DNA of 64,000 bases from Octopus bimaculoides (GCF_001194135.2 NC_069001.1:37043581-37107580); one strand, 5' to 3'; positions 12,230 through 25,862 are shown, counted from the first letter of the stretch. A program made the numbers and translations. Notes: generated by a model not told the origin, from the sequence alone.

Positions 12230-12530
12230 TTTGACCAATTCTTGTACTTACACCTTAGATCTATCATGGTGTCTGGTGTGGATTTTTAAACCAATGTTTT
12301 GAAAAAGACACCGACATAAATTGCATATCTGCTTTGGACCATCAAGAGCTGCACTGAAGTTCTGATCCTTGTGAATCTTAAAATGACTTTTGAGTTTTCT
12401 CTACAAAATCTCCTCCTGAGGCTTTTGTCAGCCTGGGCCAGAAGACACTTTCCAAGGTGCAATGTCATGAAACTGAACACGAAGCCTCATGTTTGAGAAG
12501 CAGATTCTTAACCACACAGACATAGTTGTT
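12230..12530 (-). mobile_element. Degenerate tRNA/CORE-like SINE
   Basis: gacactttccaaggtgca...actgaac...ttcttaaccacacag is the reverse complement of the SINE head also seen at 24209-24365. Confidence 0.5.
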
Positions 12531-12715
12531 GATATAGTATTAGCCACAAGTTCCACATTTCAAGTTCCATCATATATATATATATGATGGCCGTCCACTC
12601 GTGACCGAGGGGGACCATTGCCGACCTTCAGGAACATTGTGCGCGCTAGACCTAACTTATATTTTGCATTTGCGGCTCCGTTGGTGGCTAATGAGCCCTG
12701 CTCTTGACAAGCATA

Positions 12716-12716
<1 letters not shown>

Positions 12717-12761
<45 letters not shown>

Positions 12762-12935
12762 NNNNNNNNNNNNNNNNNNNNNNNNNNNNNNNNNNNNNNN
12801 NNNNNNNNNNNNNNNNNNNNNNNNNNNNNNNNNNNNNNNNNNNNNNNNNNNNNNNNNNNNNNNNNNNNNNNNNNNNNNNNNNNNNNNNNNNNNNNNNNNN
12901 NNNNNNNNNNNNNNNNACACACACACACATGCTTT
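12717..12935. repeat. (TA)n microsatellite, assembly gap (N 12762-12916) and (CA)n
   Basis: Direct inspection. Confidence 0.95.
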
Positions 12936-13489
12936 CGTTGTGAACACGTACACAAACACACACATGCTTGCAATGCGCACGCATACACTTACACCGACTC
13001 AGTTACACACGCGCACACACACATGGAGTACATGTTGCACAACACACTGTGAATGGAAGTTTGCAACATTGGGTTTCTCATGTTTTAAAATTTACTTTTA
13101 TCCCAAGATTAACTGAAGAAAATGTTTACACTATGGATATTTTGTTATATATTGGATATTTACATATGAAGATAATAGGGTGAGTAATAATATTTATTTC
13201 TTAAATGTATTCATTCAGAAATGACTTCATATAAAATAAATTGAATTTAATTGAGTTTTTACCTGTAAATTTGGATTTTTATCCCTAATATTAAAGTTAC
13301 AGCCATTTTCCCTCAGTGTCTAATCCCAATGTCCACCAAGAATTATACCAGACTCTTAAAATGTTGTGACGGAGAAAGACACAAGAGTATTGTAGTAGAT
13401 GCTAAGAAAATAAACACGGTCAAATCATATTAACGGCTCCAATGAGCTGTTTTATTGTCACAAGATATAATACAGTGATATGTCATCTC

Positions 13490-14164
13490 TCATGTATGAA
13501 TACGTTTGTGTTTAGACAAGGTACCACTTTCAGTGAATGATTTGCCACAGGTATCACAGTGATAAGGTTTCTCTCCTGTATGAATACGTGTGTGTCTAGT
13601 TAAATCACCACTTCCAGAGAATGATTTACCACAAATATCACAGTGATATGGTTTTTCACCTGTATGAATACGTGTGTGTCTAGTTAAATCCCCACGTTCA
13701 GAGAATGATTTACCACAGATATCACAATATGGTTTCACTCCTGCATGAATACGTTTGTGTTTGGTTAACATATTACCTGTAGGGAATGATTTACCACAGG
13801 TGTTACAGTGATATAACCTCCCTCGTGCATGAATGTGTCTGTGTTTTGTTAAATTGCCATTTCCAGTAAATGATTTACCACAGATATCACAGTGATATGG
13901 CTTCTCCCCTGTATGAGTACGTTTGTGTATAGTTAAGTTACTACGGCCAGAGAATGTTTTACTACATATATCACAGAAATATGGCCTTTCTCCTGTATGA
14001 ATACGTTTGTGTTCAGTTACGCTACTTTTACAAGAGAATGATTTACCACAGATATCACAGTGACATGGCCTCTCTCCTGTATGAGTGCGTTTGTGTATAG
14101 TTAAGTGACTAAATCTTGAGAATAATTTATTACAGATATCACAGCGATATGGTTTATCTGCCAT
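13490..14164 (-). CDS. ZF2 intact C-terminal portion: 8 C2H2 fingers (224 aa from an internal Met)
   Basis: Uninterrupted finger array [11 protein letters not shown]...KHKRIHT*. Confidence 0.7.
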   Translation of the reverse strand: MADKPYRCDICNKLFSRFSHLTIHKRTHTGERPCHCDICGKSFSCKSSVTEHKRIHTGERPYFCDICSKTFSGRSNLTIHKRTHTGEKPYHCDICGKSFTGNGNLTKHRHIHARGRLYHCNTCGKSFPTGNMLTKHKRIHAGVKPYCDICGKSFSERGDLTRHTRIHTGEKPYHCDICGKSFSGSGDLTRHTRIHTGEKPYHCDTCGKSFTESGTLSKHKRIHT

Positions 14165-14514
14165 ATCAACGTGTTTAGGTCTTGTCAGGCAGTCAGCTCC
14201 AGAGAGTGATTTTCCACGATCGACACAATGGTAAGGTTTCTCTCCTGTCTGTACAGACTTGTGAGCATTGATGCATTTCTAGAATAGTATGTTGTATCAC
14301 AGATCTCATAGTGATGTGGTTTCTCTCTTGTATGAATAAATCTCTGAGTGGTTTGATCGTGATTCTGAGAGACAGATTTACTATAGATGTCACAGCAATA
14401 TGTTTTCCTTCTTTCGGTATGTATGTTATCAGAAAAACCAGTCGATATGGACTCTGTATTCCATTCAACCTGTTTCTCATGCAATTTATTTGCCATATTT
14501 TTTCCCTTGCCCAC
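14165..14514 (-). pseudogene. ZF2 degenerate N-terminal leader and fingers (frameshift near 14280)
   Basis: MANKLHEKQVEWNTES leader, then broken fingers (YCCDIYSK.., HHYEICDT..) in a different frame from the downstream ORF. Confidence 0.75.
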
Positions 14515-14747
14515 TTTTCATTTTTTCAATTTTATTTTGCTATCTGAAACATTGTCTGTGATGTTTTGTCAACATATGATGCTGAAAACTTGTTTGTAAA
14601 TGTCTAATTTGAATGCAAAATCCACAAGTCCATTTTCGAGATAGTAATGTTACTGATATTCTCCGTACAAAGAAACTATGGTGAAATTCTTACCGAAAAT
14701 ATTTCGCATCAATTCGATTGTAAATATATAAAAACAAGTTCGGTTCT

Positions 14748-14911
14748 GGGTACTACTAATGCAGCACGGTTCCGTCCGTGCTAGCTAGTCTTGAGTGGTC
14801 GATCCTAACCCTAACCCTAACCCGCGTGTGCAAATGAATACGGGTTAGGGTTAGGATCGACCACTCACGACTAGCTAGCGCGGACGGAATCGTGCTGCTT
14901 TAGTAGTACCC
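14748..14911. mobile_element. 164-bp foldback element with CCCTAA/TTAGGG repeats beside the loop and a candidate 6-bp TSD (GGTTCT)
   Basis: Left arm gggtactactaa..gtggtcgatcctaaccctaacccg and right arm cgggttagggttaggatcgaccac..ttagtagtaccc. GGTTCT at 14742-14747 and 14912-14917. Confidence 0.8.
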
Positions 14912-15606
14912 GGTTCTGTTATGTAAAGTAGTTTTTCTTTGTAATTATTTCAATGATGAATATTCTTGATGCACCTGAAAAATGCCTTTTATATGACAAC
15001 GTCATATATTTCTCAGATAACACCAAACAGTAGAAGATATAGAAACGGTGACAGACAAATGCCTACAACTACACATTCGCATTGTCTCACATTACATACG
15101 TTACACAATAAGTAGATTCTAACACTGTTTTATCTTCCAATAGTCATCCATCGTTGCTCAGAGCCGTAGGTCAGTTGCGATTGTGTAGACCTGCGATAGG
15201 TTGTTTTCTTGGCTGTCAGTAATCTTACGATAGATCAGTCAAAATGAAAAGGATTGAATGAAGAAATATCAATACACTATTTTTTTCTTTTTTTGAGCTG
15301 GGGTCAAACGCTTCAGTTTGACCGAAATATCAATACAAATACATCGTTTAAATTGCATCTCATATTAAGAAGTTCTTGACGGTTTGCTTACGTTTGTTGA
15401 TAAGTGGCAAAGAGGTACTGATATATATATATATATATAGTTTCAGCTTAGAGCTGCGGCCATATATATGTGTGTGTGTGTTGTCTTCTATGTAATACGT
15501 TACTTTATCATGGAATGGACTCCTTGTTTCACGTTAAGAAAACTTTCAGATCTAAACAATACGAATGAAGGCTTCACTTTAGTTTTCCGGGTGCCTGACA
15601 GTTTGG

Positions 15607-15625
15607 TATCCGGTTGAGCATGCGC
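15607..15625 (-). promoter_or_regulatory. Conserved upstream element, copy 2 (ZF2)
   Basis: TATCCGGTTGAGCATGCGC. Confidence 0.65.
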
Positions 15626-17323
15626 TGCGCAGAGGGACGTATGTAAACATAAAACGCACATGCTTGAGTGCGTTCACACTCAACCCTCCATACAAAGACA
15701 GTCAGACAGGCAATAAACATATATAGGTATAGCTACACAACTACGATCCTTACAGACTTCGTTTCGTTACGACTTTCTAAGAAATGGATATTTTTTTTTC
15801 ATGAAAATTTTATCGAAATTCGTTTCAAATAGTGTACTATAACGGAATTTGCTCTAAAAACTTTTATGAGGTGTACGAGTGAAGTTTCGGATAATACACA
15901 CAACTTATTTTGTTGTGCCTGGGGAGAGTCATTCTCTTTTAGTGTCTTATTACACACGCACTGGTAAAATTTCTACTCATTAATTTATTTTTCCTGAAAT
16001 TTTCGTTGCGTCTGGCAACCTTTAATAGTCATTGAAAGTCAACGACTATTGAAAAGGTCCCAGATATCATATAGGACAGAACTTGCCCCTGGGTCACCAT
16101 TCTCAAAATAAATACAAGAAGTGGTTGAAGTCTTACTGATAGGGCACACTACATTTGTCTCATGGGTCTGGAATAACCATGGAAACAGCTCCTTACCCTA
16201 TACAAGTGAAATTACTAGTGTATAATTTGAAGGTGATAAAAGATATTGCCAGGACTTTTGGCTTCCAACAAACACATGGTTTTGGAACAATCATAGATGG
16301 TAGTGGGATGGATTAGGAAAGAAAATATGACATATTTCTCCAAAACTTTTTTAACAAATTTTGTTTTTTGTCGTTGAAGAAATAGGTTAACGTGATTCCA
16401 CAAATTTAGTAGAATTCCAAACTGTATCTCAGTTGCATGAGTAATGTAAGCCTTCGAGTTACCATTATTTGTTTTTGATTATCTTCAATAACAACATATC
16501 AACAAAGATGTTCCTTTATTAATCAGAAAAGGAAGCAATTAAAGTACAAATACAAGAGAACTCCAGTTTTATTTCATTTTGAATTTAAGAAAGGTTACAA
16601 AGGATGGTGAAGATTTTGGGCTTCAAAACCTAGAGAATACAAGCTTGAGAAAATGTGGTGATATCTTGTATGGCAGAAATGTCCAACCGACGCCAACATA
16701 GGAAAATGAATAAAAACACGGGAGACATTTAATCGTAAACTATACCAGACTGTGCATTTAGGATCAGTTCAAGATTAATTACATTGACTTGATACATGCA
16801 ATTAAAATTTAGTTTAACAATGCTTGAGAACTGATAAAACAACTCAAATCTTACGAACAATGAAATCATCCCTTTGATAAGATTCATACATAATAAACGT
16901 TACATGAACGAATATATAATGATATATTTATATTCTAATTTAGCATGACGAAATGTTTTCTAACATAACAAATGTTGTGATTGAGTTCCAGATTTATCAG
17001 TAGTTTCATCGATATTTACCAACAATATCAAATAAATCAATGCCATCTGTTCTGGAAACAATTACATGAGATATATACGAGTTTCCTGAAACAAGCATTT
17101 ACTTATATATCACAGTGGTAAATTCTCACCACGGTACAGTTGTATTTATTATAGATGTTTGAAAGATTGTGATCACACATCCAAATTTACCTTCCACTGT
17201 GTGTACATTTCTACAAGTAACTCTTTACATTGAAAAGTTTTTCTTTCTGTATGAAACCATGCATGTATAGTTGACAGTCTACCAGTAGAGAATGATTTAC
17301 TACAAATATCACAGTGATATGCT

Positions 17324-18868
17324 CTAACCTGTATGAATACGCATGTGTCTAGTTAATTTATTTCTAATGTAGAAAGATTTGCCACAAATTTCACAGCTAT
17401 GTGCTTTTTCCCCTGTGTGAATAAATTTGTGTTTCAACAAGCTACCATTTTCAGAGAATGATTTGCCACATATATCACATTGGTAAGGTTTTTCACCTGT
17501 GTGAATGCGTCTGTGCCTATGTATGTCACTACTTACAGAGAATGATTTACCACAAATATCACAGTGATACGGTTTCTCACCTGTATGGGTGCGTTTATGT
17601 TTAGTTAACTCACTGCTGCCACAAAATGCTTTACCACAGATATCACAATGATATGGTTTCTCTCCTGTATGAACACGGTTGTGAATATTAGATGCACTTT
17701 TATCAGAGAAAGCTTTACCACAGATATCACAGCGGTATGGTTTTTCCCCTGTATGAATCCGTTTATGCCTATGTAATTGATCACTTCGAGAGAATAATTT
17801 ACCACAGATCTCACATTTAATTGACTTTTCTGCAACATGAATATATTTATGTGCAGTTAAGTTGCCATTTTCACAGAATGATTTACCACAAATATCACAG
17901 TGATATGGTTTCTCTCCTGTATGAATTAATTTGTGCTTTGCTAAATTGCCATTTCCAGAGAATGATTTACCACAGATATCACAGTGATATGGTTTCTCAC
18001 CAGTATGAATACGTTTGTGTATTGTTAAGTCACTACTTCTCGCAAATGATTTACCACAGATATTACAGTGGTATGGCTTCTCTCCTGTATGAATACGTCT
18101 GTGTTTAGTTAAGCCATCTCTGCAAGAGAATGATTTTCTACAAATATCGCATTGAAATGGTGTCTCACCTGTATGAATACGTTTGTGTGTGATTAATCCA
18201 TTACCAGAGAAAAATGATTTGCCGCAGATATCACATTCATATGGCTTCTCTCCTGTATGAATACGCTTGTGTTTAGATAAGTCATTACTTCCACAAAATG
18301 ATTTACCACAAATATCACAGTGATACGGTCTCTCTCCTGTATGAATGCGTTTATGTCTAGTCAAGTCAACACTTCCATAAAAACATTTACCACATATATC
18401 GCAGCGATATGGTCTTTCTGATGTATGAATGTATTTGTGTCTTGTTAAGTAATAAGATGCAGAGAATGATTTACCACAGACATCACACTCATATGGTTTC
18501 TCTCCCGTATGAATAGATGTGTGAACTGTCAATGCAGTCTTCGACAAGAATGTCTTACCACAGATATTACAATGGTATGGCTTGTCTTCTTTATGATACC
18601 GTTTGTGTCTAGTTAGGTGAATCTTTTGAGAGAATACTTTACCACAGTTATCACAGCGATACGGATTCTGTTCAGTATGAATACGTTTGTGAATGGTTAG
18701 GCTGTATTTTTTAGAGAACGACTTACCACAGATGTCACAACAACATGTTTTCCCTTCCTCTGTACATATGTCATCAGCCTGTTTCTCATACGACTCATTA
18801 TCCATTTTTTTTTCTTTGCCCACTGTTATTCGTATATTCTTATTTTGTTTTTTTGCAATATGAGACAT
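17324..18868 (-). CDS. ZF3: C2H2 zinc-finger protein, 17 fingers (first ATG 18868; paralog-equivalent Met 18805)
   Basis: Intact finger array; leader [12 protein letters not shown]. Confidence 0.92.
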   Translation of the reverse strand: MSHIAKKQNKNIRITVGKEKKMDNESYEKQADDICTEEGKTCCCDICGKSFSKKYSLTIHKRIHTEQNPYRCDNCGKVFSQKIHLTRHKRYHKEDKPYHCNICGKTFLSKTALTVHTSIHTGEKPYECDVCGKSFSASYYLTRHKYIHTSERPYRCDICGKCFYGSVDLTRHKRIHTGERPYHCDICGKSFCGSNDLSKHKRIHTGEKPYECDICGKSFFSGNGLITHKRIHTGETPFQCDICRKSFSCRDGLTKHRRIHTGEKPYHCNICGKSFARSSDLTIHKRIHTGEKPYHCDICGKSFSGNGNLAKHKLIHTGEKPYHCDICGKSFCENGNLTAHKYIHVAEKSIKCEICGKLFSRSDQLHRHKRIHTGEKPYRCDICGKAFSDKSASNIHNRVHTGEKPYHCDICGKAFCGSSELTKHKRTHTGEKPYHCDICGKSFSVSSDIHRHRRIHTGEKPYQCDICGKSFSENGSLLKHKFIHTGEKAHSCEICGKSFYIRNKLTRHMRIHTG

Positions 18869-19259
18869 CAACTGAGATGTTTGTTAACATACGATGATGC
18901 CAGAAACTTGTTAGTAAATATTTAATTTGAATGCAAATTCCATATGTCCATATTCGAGGTAGTAATGCAGATGAAGTTTGCCGATTTTCTCTGTACACAG
19001 AAAATAATGGATCCAGTCGGTTAGGCTGCTGCCAGATCAGAAATATTTCAATTCAATGATGAGCAATATTCTTGATGCATTTGAAGTAAAAAAAATTTGT
19101 CATGCATGTGTCATTTGGTATATCTGAAATAAAACAGAAACAGTATATAATATCGGAGATACTTAAAAATAGATTATTTTAATAAGCATCCTTTTGACAA
19201 TTTAAAATTTTTATTACAAAGACAATTGATAAGATATCTTAATCAGACTTGTTCTATTG

Positions 19260-19850
19260 TACTCAGTGGTTTACAAATTTTTTAATTTTTACCTCATTTA
19301 ATACACCTCTGTATGGACACCATTAGTTGCACGAAGCACATCAAGACGGCAATTGATTCCTTGCCATGTTCTCTGTAGCATAGCCTCGTCAATGGTTGCA
19401 ATTGCATCTGTTATCTTTTGCTTTAGTTCAGTAATGTTCCGTACCTTTGTTCGATACACGATATCTTCAACATAGCCCCATAGAAAGCAATCCAGAGGTG
19501 TGATATCTGGTGAACGTGGTAGCCACGGAATTGGTCCATCCCTTCCAATCCAACAGTCTGGAAATGTATGATTAAGGAACTCATGAACATGTAGTCTTCA
19601 ATGTAGTGGGGCACCATCTTGCTGGAAAATGATGGTTGGTTCAAGGTCTGGGAGTTGTGGTGCTACATATTCAGTCAAATTGTAAAAAGACTTTATGGAC
19701 ACTGTACATATTTTACCTGCCATTGCTTCCCAGCTGTTTTGATGGCGTGTTCGGTAAAATCCGTAAAAAGATTTTATGTATATTTACTTTTTGCTCTGAT
19801 ATACCACACACGCTTTGATGTTCAAGACCGACTTTCATTCCCTTGACGGT
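19260..19850 (-). mobile_element. Tc1/mariner-superfamily transposase remnant (C-terminal part)
   Basis: Minus strand encodes IIFQQDGAPHY...WLPRSPDITPLDCFLWGYVEDIVYRTKVRNITELKQKITDAI, matching the FQQDGAP and WPPRSPDL.P.DFFLWG motifs; frameshifted. Confidence 0.8.
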
Positions 19851-19856
19851 AGAGAC

Positions 19857-20321
19857 GGACTATATGTAATCTGAACCTTTCCCCCCCTTATTTATTAATT
19901 TTTTTACGGAATCCCACGTTTTAGGCTATGGAGATTCCGATTATGAAAAAANNNNNNNNNNNNNNNNNNNNNNNNNNNNNNNNNNNNNNNNNNNNNNNNN
20001 NNNNNNNNNNNNNNNNNNNNNNNNNNNNNNNNNNNNNNNNNNNNNNNNNNNNNNNNNNNNNNNNNNNNNNNNNNNNNNNNNNNNNNNNNNNNNNNNNNNN
20101 NNNNNNNNNNNNNNNNNNNNNNNNNNNNNNNNNNNNNNNNNNNNNNNNNNNNNNNNNNNNNNNNNNNNNNNNNNNNNNNNNNNNNNNNNNNNNNNNNNNN
20201 NNNNNNNNNNNNNNNNNNNNNNNNNNNNNNNNNNNNNNNNNNNNNNNNNNNNNNNNNNNNNNNNNNNNNNNNAAAAAAAAAAAAAACACAAGGGGGGAAA
20301 GGTTCAGATTACATACAGTCC
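19857..20321. mobile_element. Element with ~30-bp terminal inverted repeats spanning an assembly gap (N 19952-20272)
   Basis: ggactatatgtaatctgaacctttccccccct and aggggggaaaggttcagattacatacagtcc; no clean TSD. Confidence 0.6.
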
Positions 20322-21114
20322 ATCTGGACCATTCTGTTTGAGAATTACATTAAGGGTATACATGTTTGTGGAATACTCAGCCACTTAGACGTTAATTTCA
20401 TTGTGAAGGTAATTCATTTGATCGAACCACTGAATGTTCATCGTCGAAACCGATGGAAAACCCATCATGTATGTATGTATGAAAGGTTCACGAAACAAGA
20501 CCAAAAAATCACAACAATATATCTAAACAAAATAACAATAGTAAAAAAAGTACATCAGCATAAAACAGATTTCTGTATATGTCTATGTTTGGATAATCGC
20601 GTGTGTGTGTGTGTGCATGACTGTATATGTGTGTGTCGGTGACCGTAGCTGTCAAGAGAAAGTCGGTCTTGAACATCAAAGAATGCCCAGATATGAATAT
20701 CTCTCAACACAAGTAAAGCAGTGGATAGAAATTAGCATTGTGTTTGTGAGAGATGTTACTTGATGAAAACTTATTGTTATGATTGTGCGAATAAGGACGA
20801 CAAATTGGCAGAGCTAGAGAGAAAATGCTTACAACTACACTTTCACATTTCTCATTACATATGTTTTGAACTTGAGAAAAGTAGGTTCCAACACTTTCTT
20901 CTCTGTAGTCATCTATTGTTATTCATAAACGTTGCTCTGTTTTGATTGTGTAGATATGTGATCAAAGCCAGGTTGTTTTCATGGAAGTCACGAATATTAC
21001 GGCAGATCAGTTAAAAGGAAAAGGATTGAATGAAGAAATATCAATACACATACCTCGTTTAAATCGTATGTAATATCAGGAAGTTCATGATGTGTTGATG
21101 AATGGCAAAGATTT

Positions 21115-21469
21115 TGTAACAGGATGACAGATTCCCGCACTGGATGGGTGCTGCTCGCATCCTTCACATCAAATATTAATTGAAGAAAGAATCAAGAGTT
21201 TTCGTTAATTTCAACAGTATACACATTTATTCTTTGATTCGCAATATAAACCATTTCCTTCCTGTGGGCGAATCGGCAGAAGCCTAGTGGAATGAGTCAA
21301 TCTTGTCCGTTCATGCATAGCGGGGATGCGCCGAGGTAGCAGCTCGGGAGAGCTGCTGGAGACACGTCTGTATCGTTCAGCTGCTAGCGTCCAAAAGAGA
21401 ATTTAGCTGTTGCTAGTTTTCTGCGCATGCGCAAACTTCCGGCAGGCCTTCCAAGATGACGTCACTACA
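21115..21469 (-). mobile_element. Solo LTR (355 bp) with 4-bp TSD ATTT
   Basis: TGTAAC...ACTACA termini; ATTT at 21111-21114 and 21470-21473; AATAAA on minus ~110 bp from the 3' end. The homologous flanks in the ZF2 unit lack the insert. Confidence 0.8.
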
Positions 21470-21610
21470 ATTTGCACATATAGTCATATGATAATATGGT
21501 ACTTTGCCATGGAATCCTTGTTTGACGTTATGTGAAATGTTTTCAAATCTTTGCGTTTAGAATGAAGGTTTAATTTACATTTTAAAAAATTACATCGTAG
21601 TGTCGTATGC

Positions 21611-21630
21611 ATATCCGGTTGAGCATGCGC
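21611..21630 (-). promoter_or_regulatory. Conserved upstream element, copy 3 (ZF3)
   Basis: ATATCCGGTTGAGCATGCGC. Confidence 0.65.
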
Positions 21631-22741
21631 TTGACTTGGTTACACACGAACTGTAACTTGTGTACAGCAAGGGCACCTTTTAAAACGTATACACGAATGT
21701 ATAAAAAATACTTACGTGAGTACGCTCCCACCCAGCAGACTGTTTCCTCATGGTCGTGGTATGTGCTAGAACCAACAGCACATACCACATACCTTGAATC
21801 CCACCCCTTTTTGCCTGAAAAATTTTACAATTTTTTTTTTTTTTAATACAGATTTTATAACATGTTATAACATTTTGGTTAGATTACAGAAACACATTTG
21901 ATTATTTTATCTTGCTTGTGGATGCTAGAATCCCTTTGACTTACCAAGGAACAATACTGGGTCACCATTCTGAAAATAAATATATCTATTGTGTTGCCAT
22001 GTTTGTTCTAGATTATCATCAATAACAACATAACAAATATGTTCCTTTATTAATAAAAAAAGAAGAAACTAAAATACAAATATGAGAAGACCGGTTTTAT
22101 TTCAGCTCCAATTTAGTAAGAAATAGCCACAAAGAATTTTAAGGTCAGGATGAAGATTCTTACGTCCAAACTGAGAAAATGTAGAGGTATCTTATACAAT
22201 GGACATGTTCAGAGGGCAGCATGGGAAATGAATAAAAGCACTGGAGACATCTAATCACAGACTATACTCGACTCTGCGCATTTACAATCAGTTCAACATC
22301 AATTACATTGACACATGCAATTAACATTTAACTTAATGATGGTTAAGAACTGATGAAATAACTCAAATCTTAGCAACAATGAAATCATTCCTTTGATAAG
22401 ATTCATACATAAACTTTAAACTAGAATATATAAAGTACATGAATGAATGTATAATGATATAATATATATCCTAGTATAGCATGATAAAATGTTTTTTATG
22501 GTTTGTGTGTTTCATCATAATGTAACAATTGTTGTGATGTCTCTGATTTATAACAATATTTACTAATTTGTCTTTCTCTTCTCTATTCTGGAGAGAGTTT
22601 CATGGGATATATGAATTTCCTGAAACAATGCATTTATTAACATATTGCAGTGTTTATTATAGATTAAAGATACTCATATATTTGCTCTGTGTGTCAATAC
22701 ATCTATGAATAACACTTTTCATAGAATAACTGCTTATAGGT

Positions 22742-23890
<1,149 letters not shown>

Positions 23891-24208
23891 CTAAAGCGAA
23901 GTATTTTGTAAATTTGTTCAATTTTAATTTACAAACAAAATAATCCTGCACATATTCGAGACAGTGAAGAACTGGAAATATTTCTCATTAGTTCCTCCAC
24001 TGGTTTATATAAACAGAATCCTATCTGCTCTGTACAGCAGCCTCCCTTTGTCTTTAAATGATCCACTTGAAGCATCAGAAATCTTCTTATGCCAATGACA
24101 TCCAATATTCTGAAATAGAGAAATAATATTAGCTATATAGAATACTCCAAAATAGCGATTCATTGGAAATTTTTCAACATTTTTATTTTGATAAAATGAT
24201 AAATTAAG

Positions 24209-24365
24209 GTGTAAGTGTGGCTTTGTGGTTAAGAAGTTTGCTTGCTAACTACAGTGTTTCAGGTTCAGTCACACTATATTGTACCTTAGGCAAGCGGCTT
24301 CTGCTGTAGCCACAGGCTATTTAAACCATGAGAATGAATTTGGTAGATGGAAACTGAAAGAAGCC
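24209..24365 (+). mobile_element. tRNA/CORE-like SINE head
   Basis: gtggctttgtggttaagaagtttgct...ggttcagtc...accttaggcaag...tttggtagatggaaactgaaagaagccc. Confidence 0.6.
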
Positions 24366-24597
24366 CATCCTGCATGCTTATAAGTATGTGTTTACGCATG
24401 TGCGAGATTGTATATTTTTTGTCTCCTGTGATTGATGTAAATGTGTGCCAAAATTGTACAAGAGCTTGTCTGCCCATGGGGAAATATTACCTCACTGGGA
24501 AACGGGTAAGAGTTGGTAGTGGACTGCAAGTAAATACCATCGTTTGTATGAACGATGAGGCCGTTGGGCATTGTAGAAGTGAAGGGAAACCCGAAGT

Positions 24598-24599
<2 letters not shown>

Positions 24600-24629
<30 letters not shown>

Positions 24630-24745
24630 NNNNNNNNNNNNNNNNNNNNNNNNNNNNNNNNNNNNNNNNNNNNNNNNNNNNNNNNNNNNNNNNNNNNNNN
24701 NNNNNNNNNNNNNNNNNNNNNNTATATATACATACACACACACAC
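24600..24745. repeat. (TA)n microsatellite with assembly gap (N 24630-24722)
   Basis: Direct inspection. Confidence 0.95.
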
Positions 24746-24956
24746 AAGCTTCTATCCATGAAGCATAGAGTGGGACTGAAACTGAAACGATGTCAGAAAT
24801 TGAACCCGGCCTTACTTGCACAATCTCATACACACGTATATATATCATTACACTTTACCATTTTGTCTTGACGTAAAGTAATAACAAGTCTAGATGTGAC
24901 TTCAGATATGTTGTCTTCTGAGACTACACATTCAATATTACCTGGGTGCACAATTA

Positions 24957-25172
24957 TATTGGCTTGGTGCCTAAATTTTATTCAACAAAAACAATAACAA
25001 TATTTAACAAAAACGTTTTTAAATTGATGGTCTGACCGTTTGCCAAGCAAATGGGAAGCAGTAATTGAAGTAGATGGTGAATATGCTCCGGAATAATCAT
25101 TTAAAGATGTTTTTGTTTCATGTTGTTGTTTTCGTTGAAAAAAAGCCGCAATAATTATGCACCAACCCAATA
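24957..25172. mobile_element. Internally deleted mariner-type MITE
   Basis: The right end reverse-complements to TATTGGGTTGGTGCATAATTATTGCGG, resembling mariner TIRs of the TATTAGGTTGGTGCAAAAGTAATTGCGG type. Left end is tattggcttggtgc. Confidence 0.55.
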
Positions 25173-25862
25173 CCATATCAAGAATCAAATGTAGCAAACA
25201 AAATACAATTTCAAAAGAAATGATATATTTCGTTGTTCTTTATGAACTTCCAACCATCTTAAAATTTTCAGAATAACCGTGGAATTTTCCATGGGTACTG
25301 CTAGTGTAAACGTTAAGGTAGATATATGTATGCATTGCATACTCCTACTCCGGAGAACTCTAGTTATCCGATCCTTTTAGCTATTATACTTTATTACTTT
25401 ACAAAGATAATTCATCTTACGCTCCTCGAAGTTTTTGCAAAAAAGAAAAAGAAAAAAAGGTACAATTACTTTTATGCTCTCGTTGCAACCCCGCCAGGTT
25501 TGATTGAGCAGCTGATCTGTTGTCCAGTTTAGGTTGCTTACAGGGATGTTGTTACAAATTTCATGAGAGATTAAACAAAAGAAAAACTTCATAATGATCA
25601 AAGTATAAAAAAGAAATTGAGGCAATTATAAACAAAAAATACCTTGAATAAATGACAGGTATTCGAAAGTTAGTAATGGTGGCGATATATGTTACTGAAC
25701 AGAGAAGAGTCAGTACAATGTAGATATCATATAACTTCAGATACATATGACTATTTTTCCATTACTTTATGTTTGAAATTAAATAAAATAATTCTTTAGA
25801 TTGACTTGAAACTAGTTAATGGATATTTTATGACATTCCTCACCCAAGACGGGCGGTGCAAA

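Noticed and set aside
12560-13116. ORFs spanning N-runs (also 19921-20341, 24347-24871, 26029-26493, 42815-43447)
   Set aside because: Artefacts of assembly gaps and (TA)n/(CA)n microsatellites.
304-14850. TTAGGG runs as telomere or interstitial telomeric arrays
   Set aside because: Only 2-3 hexamers each, embedded in foldback elements.
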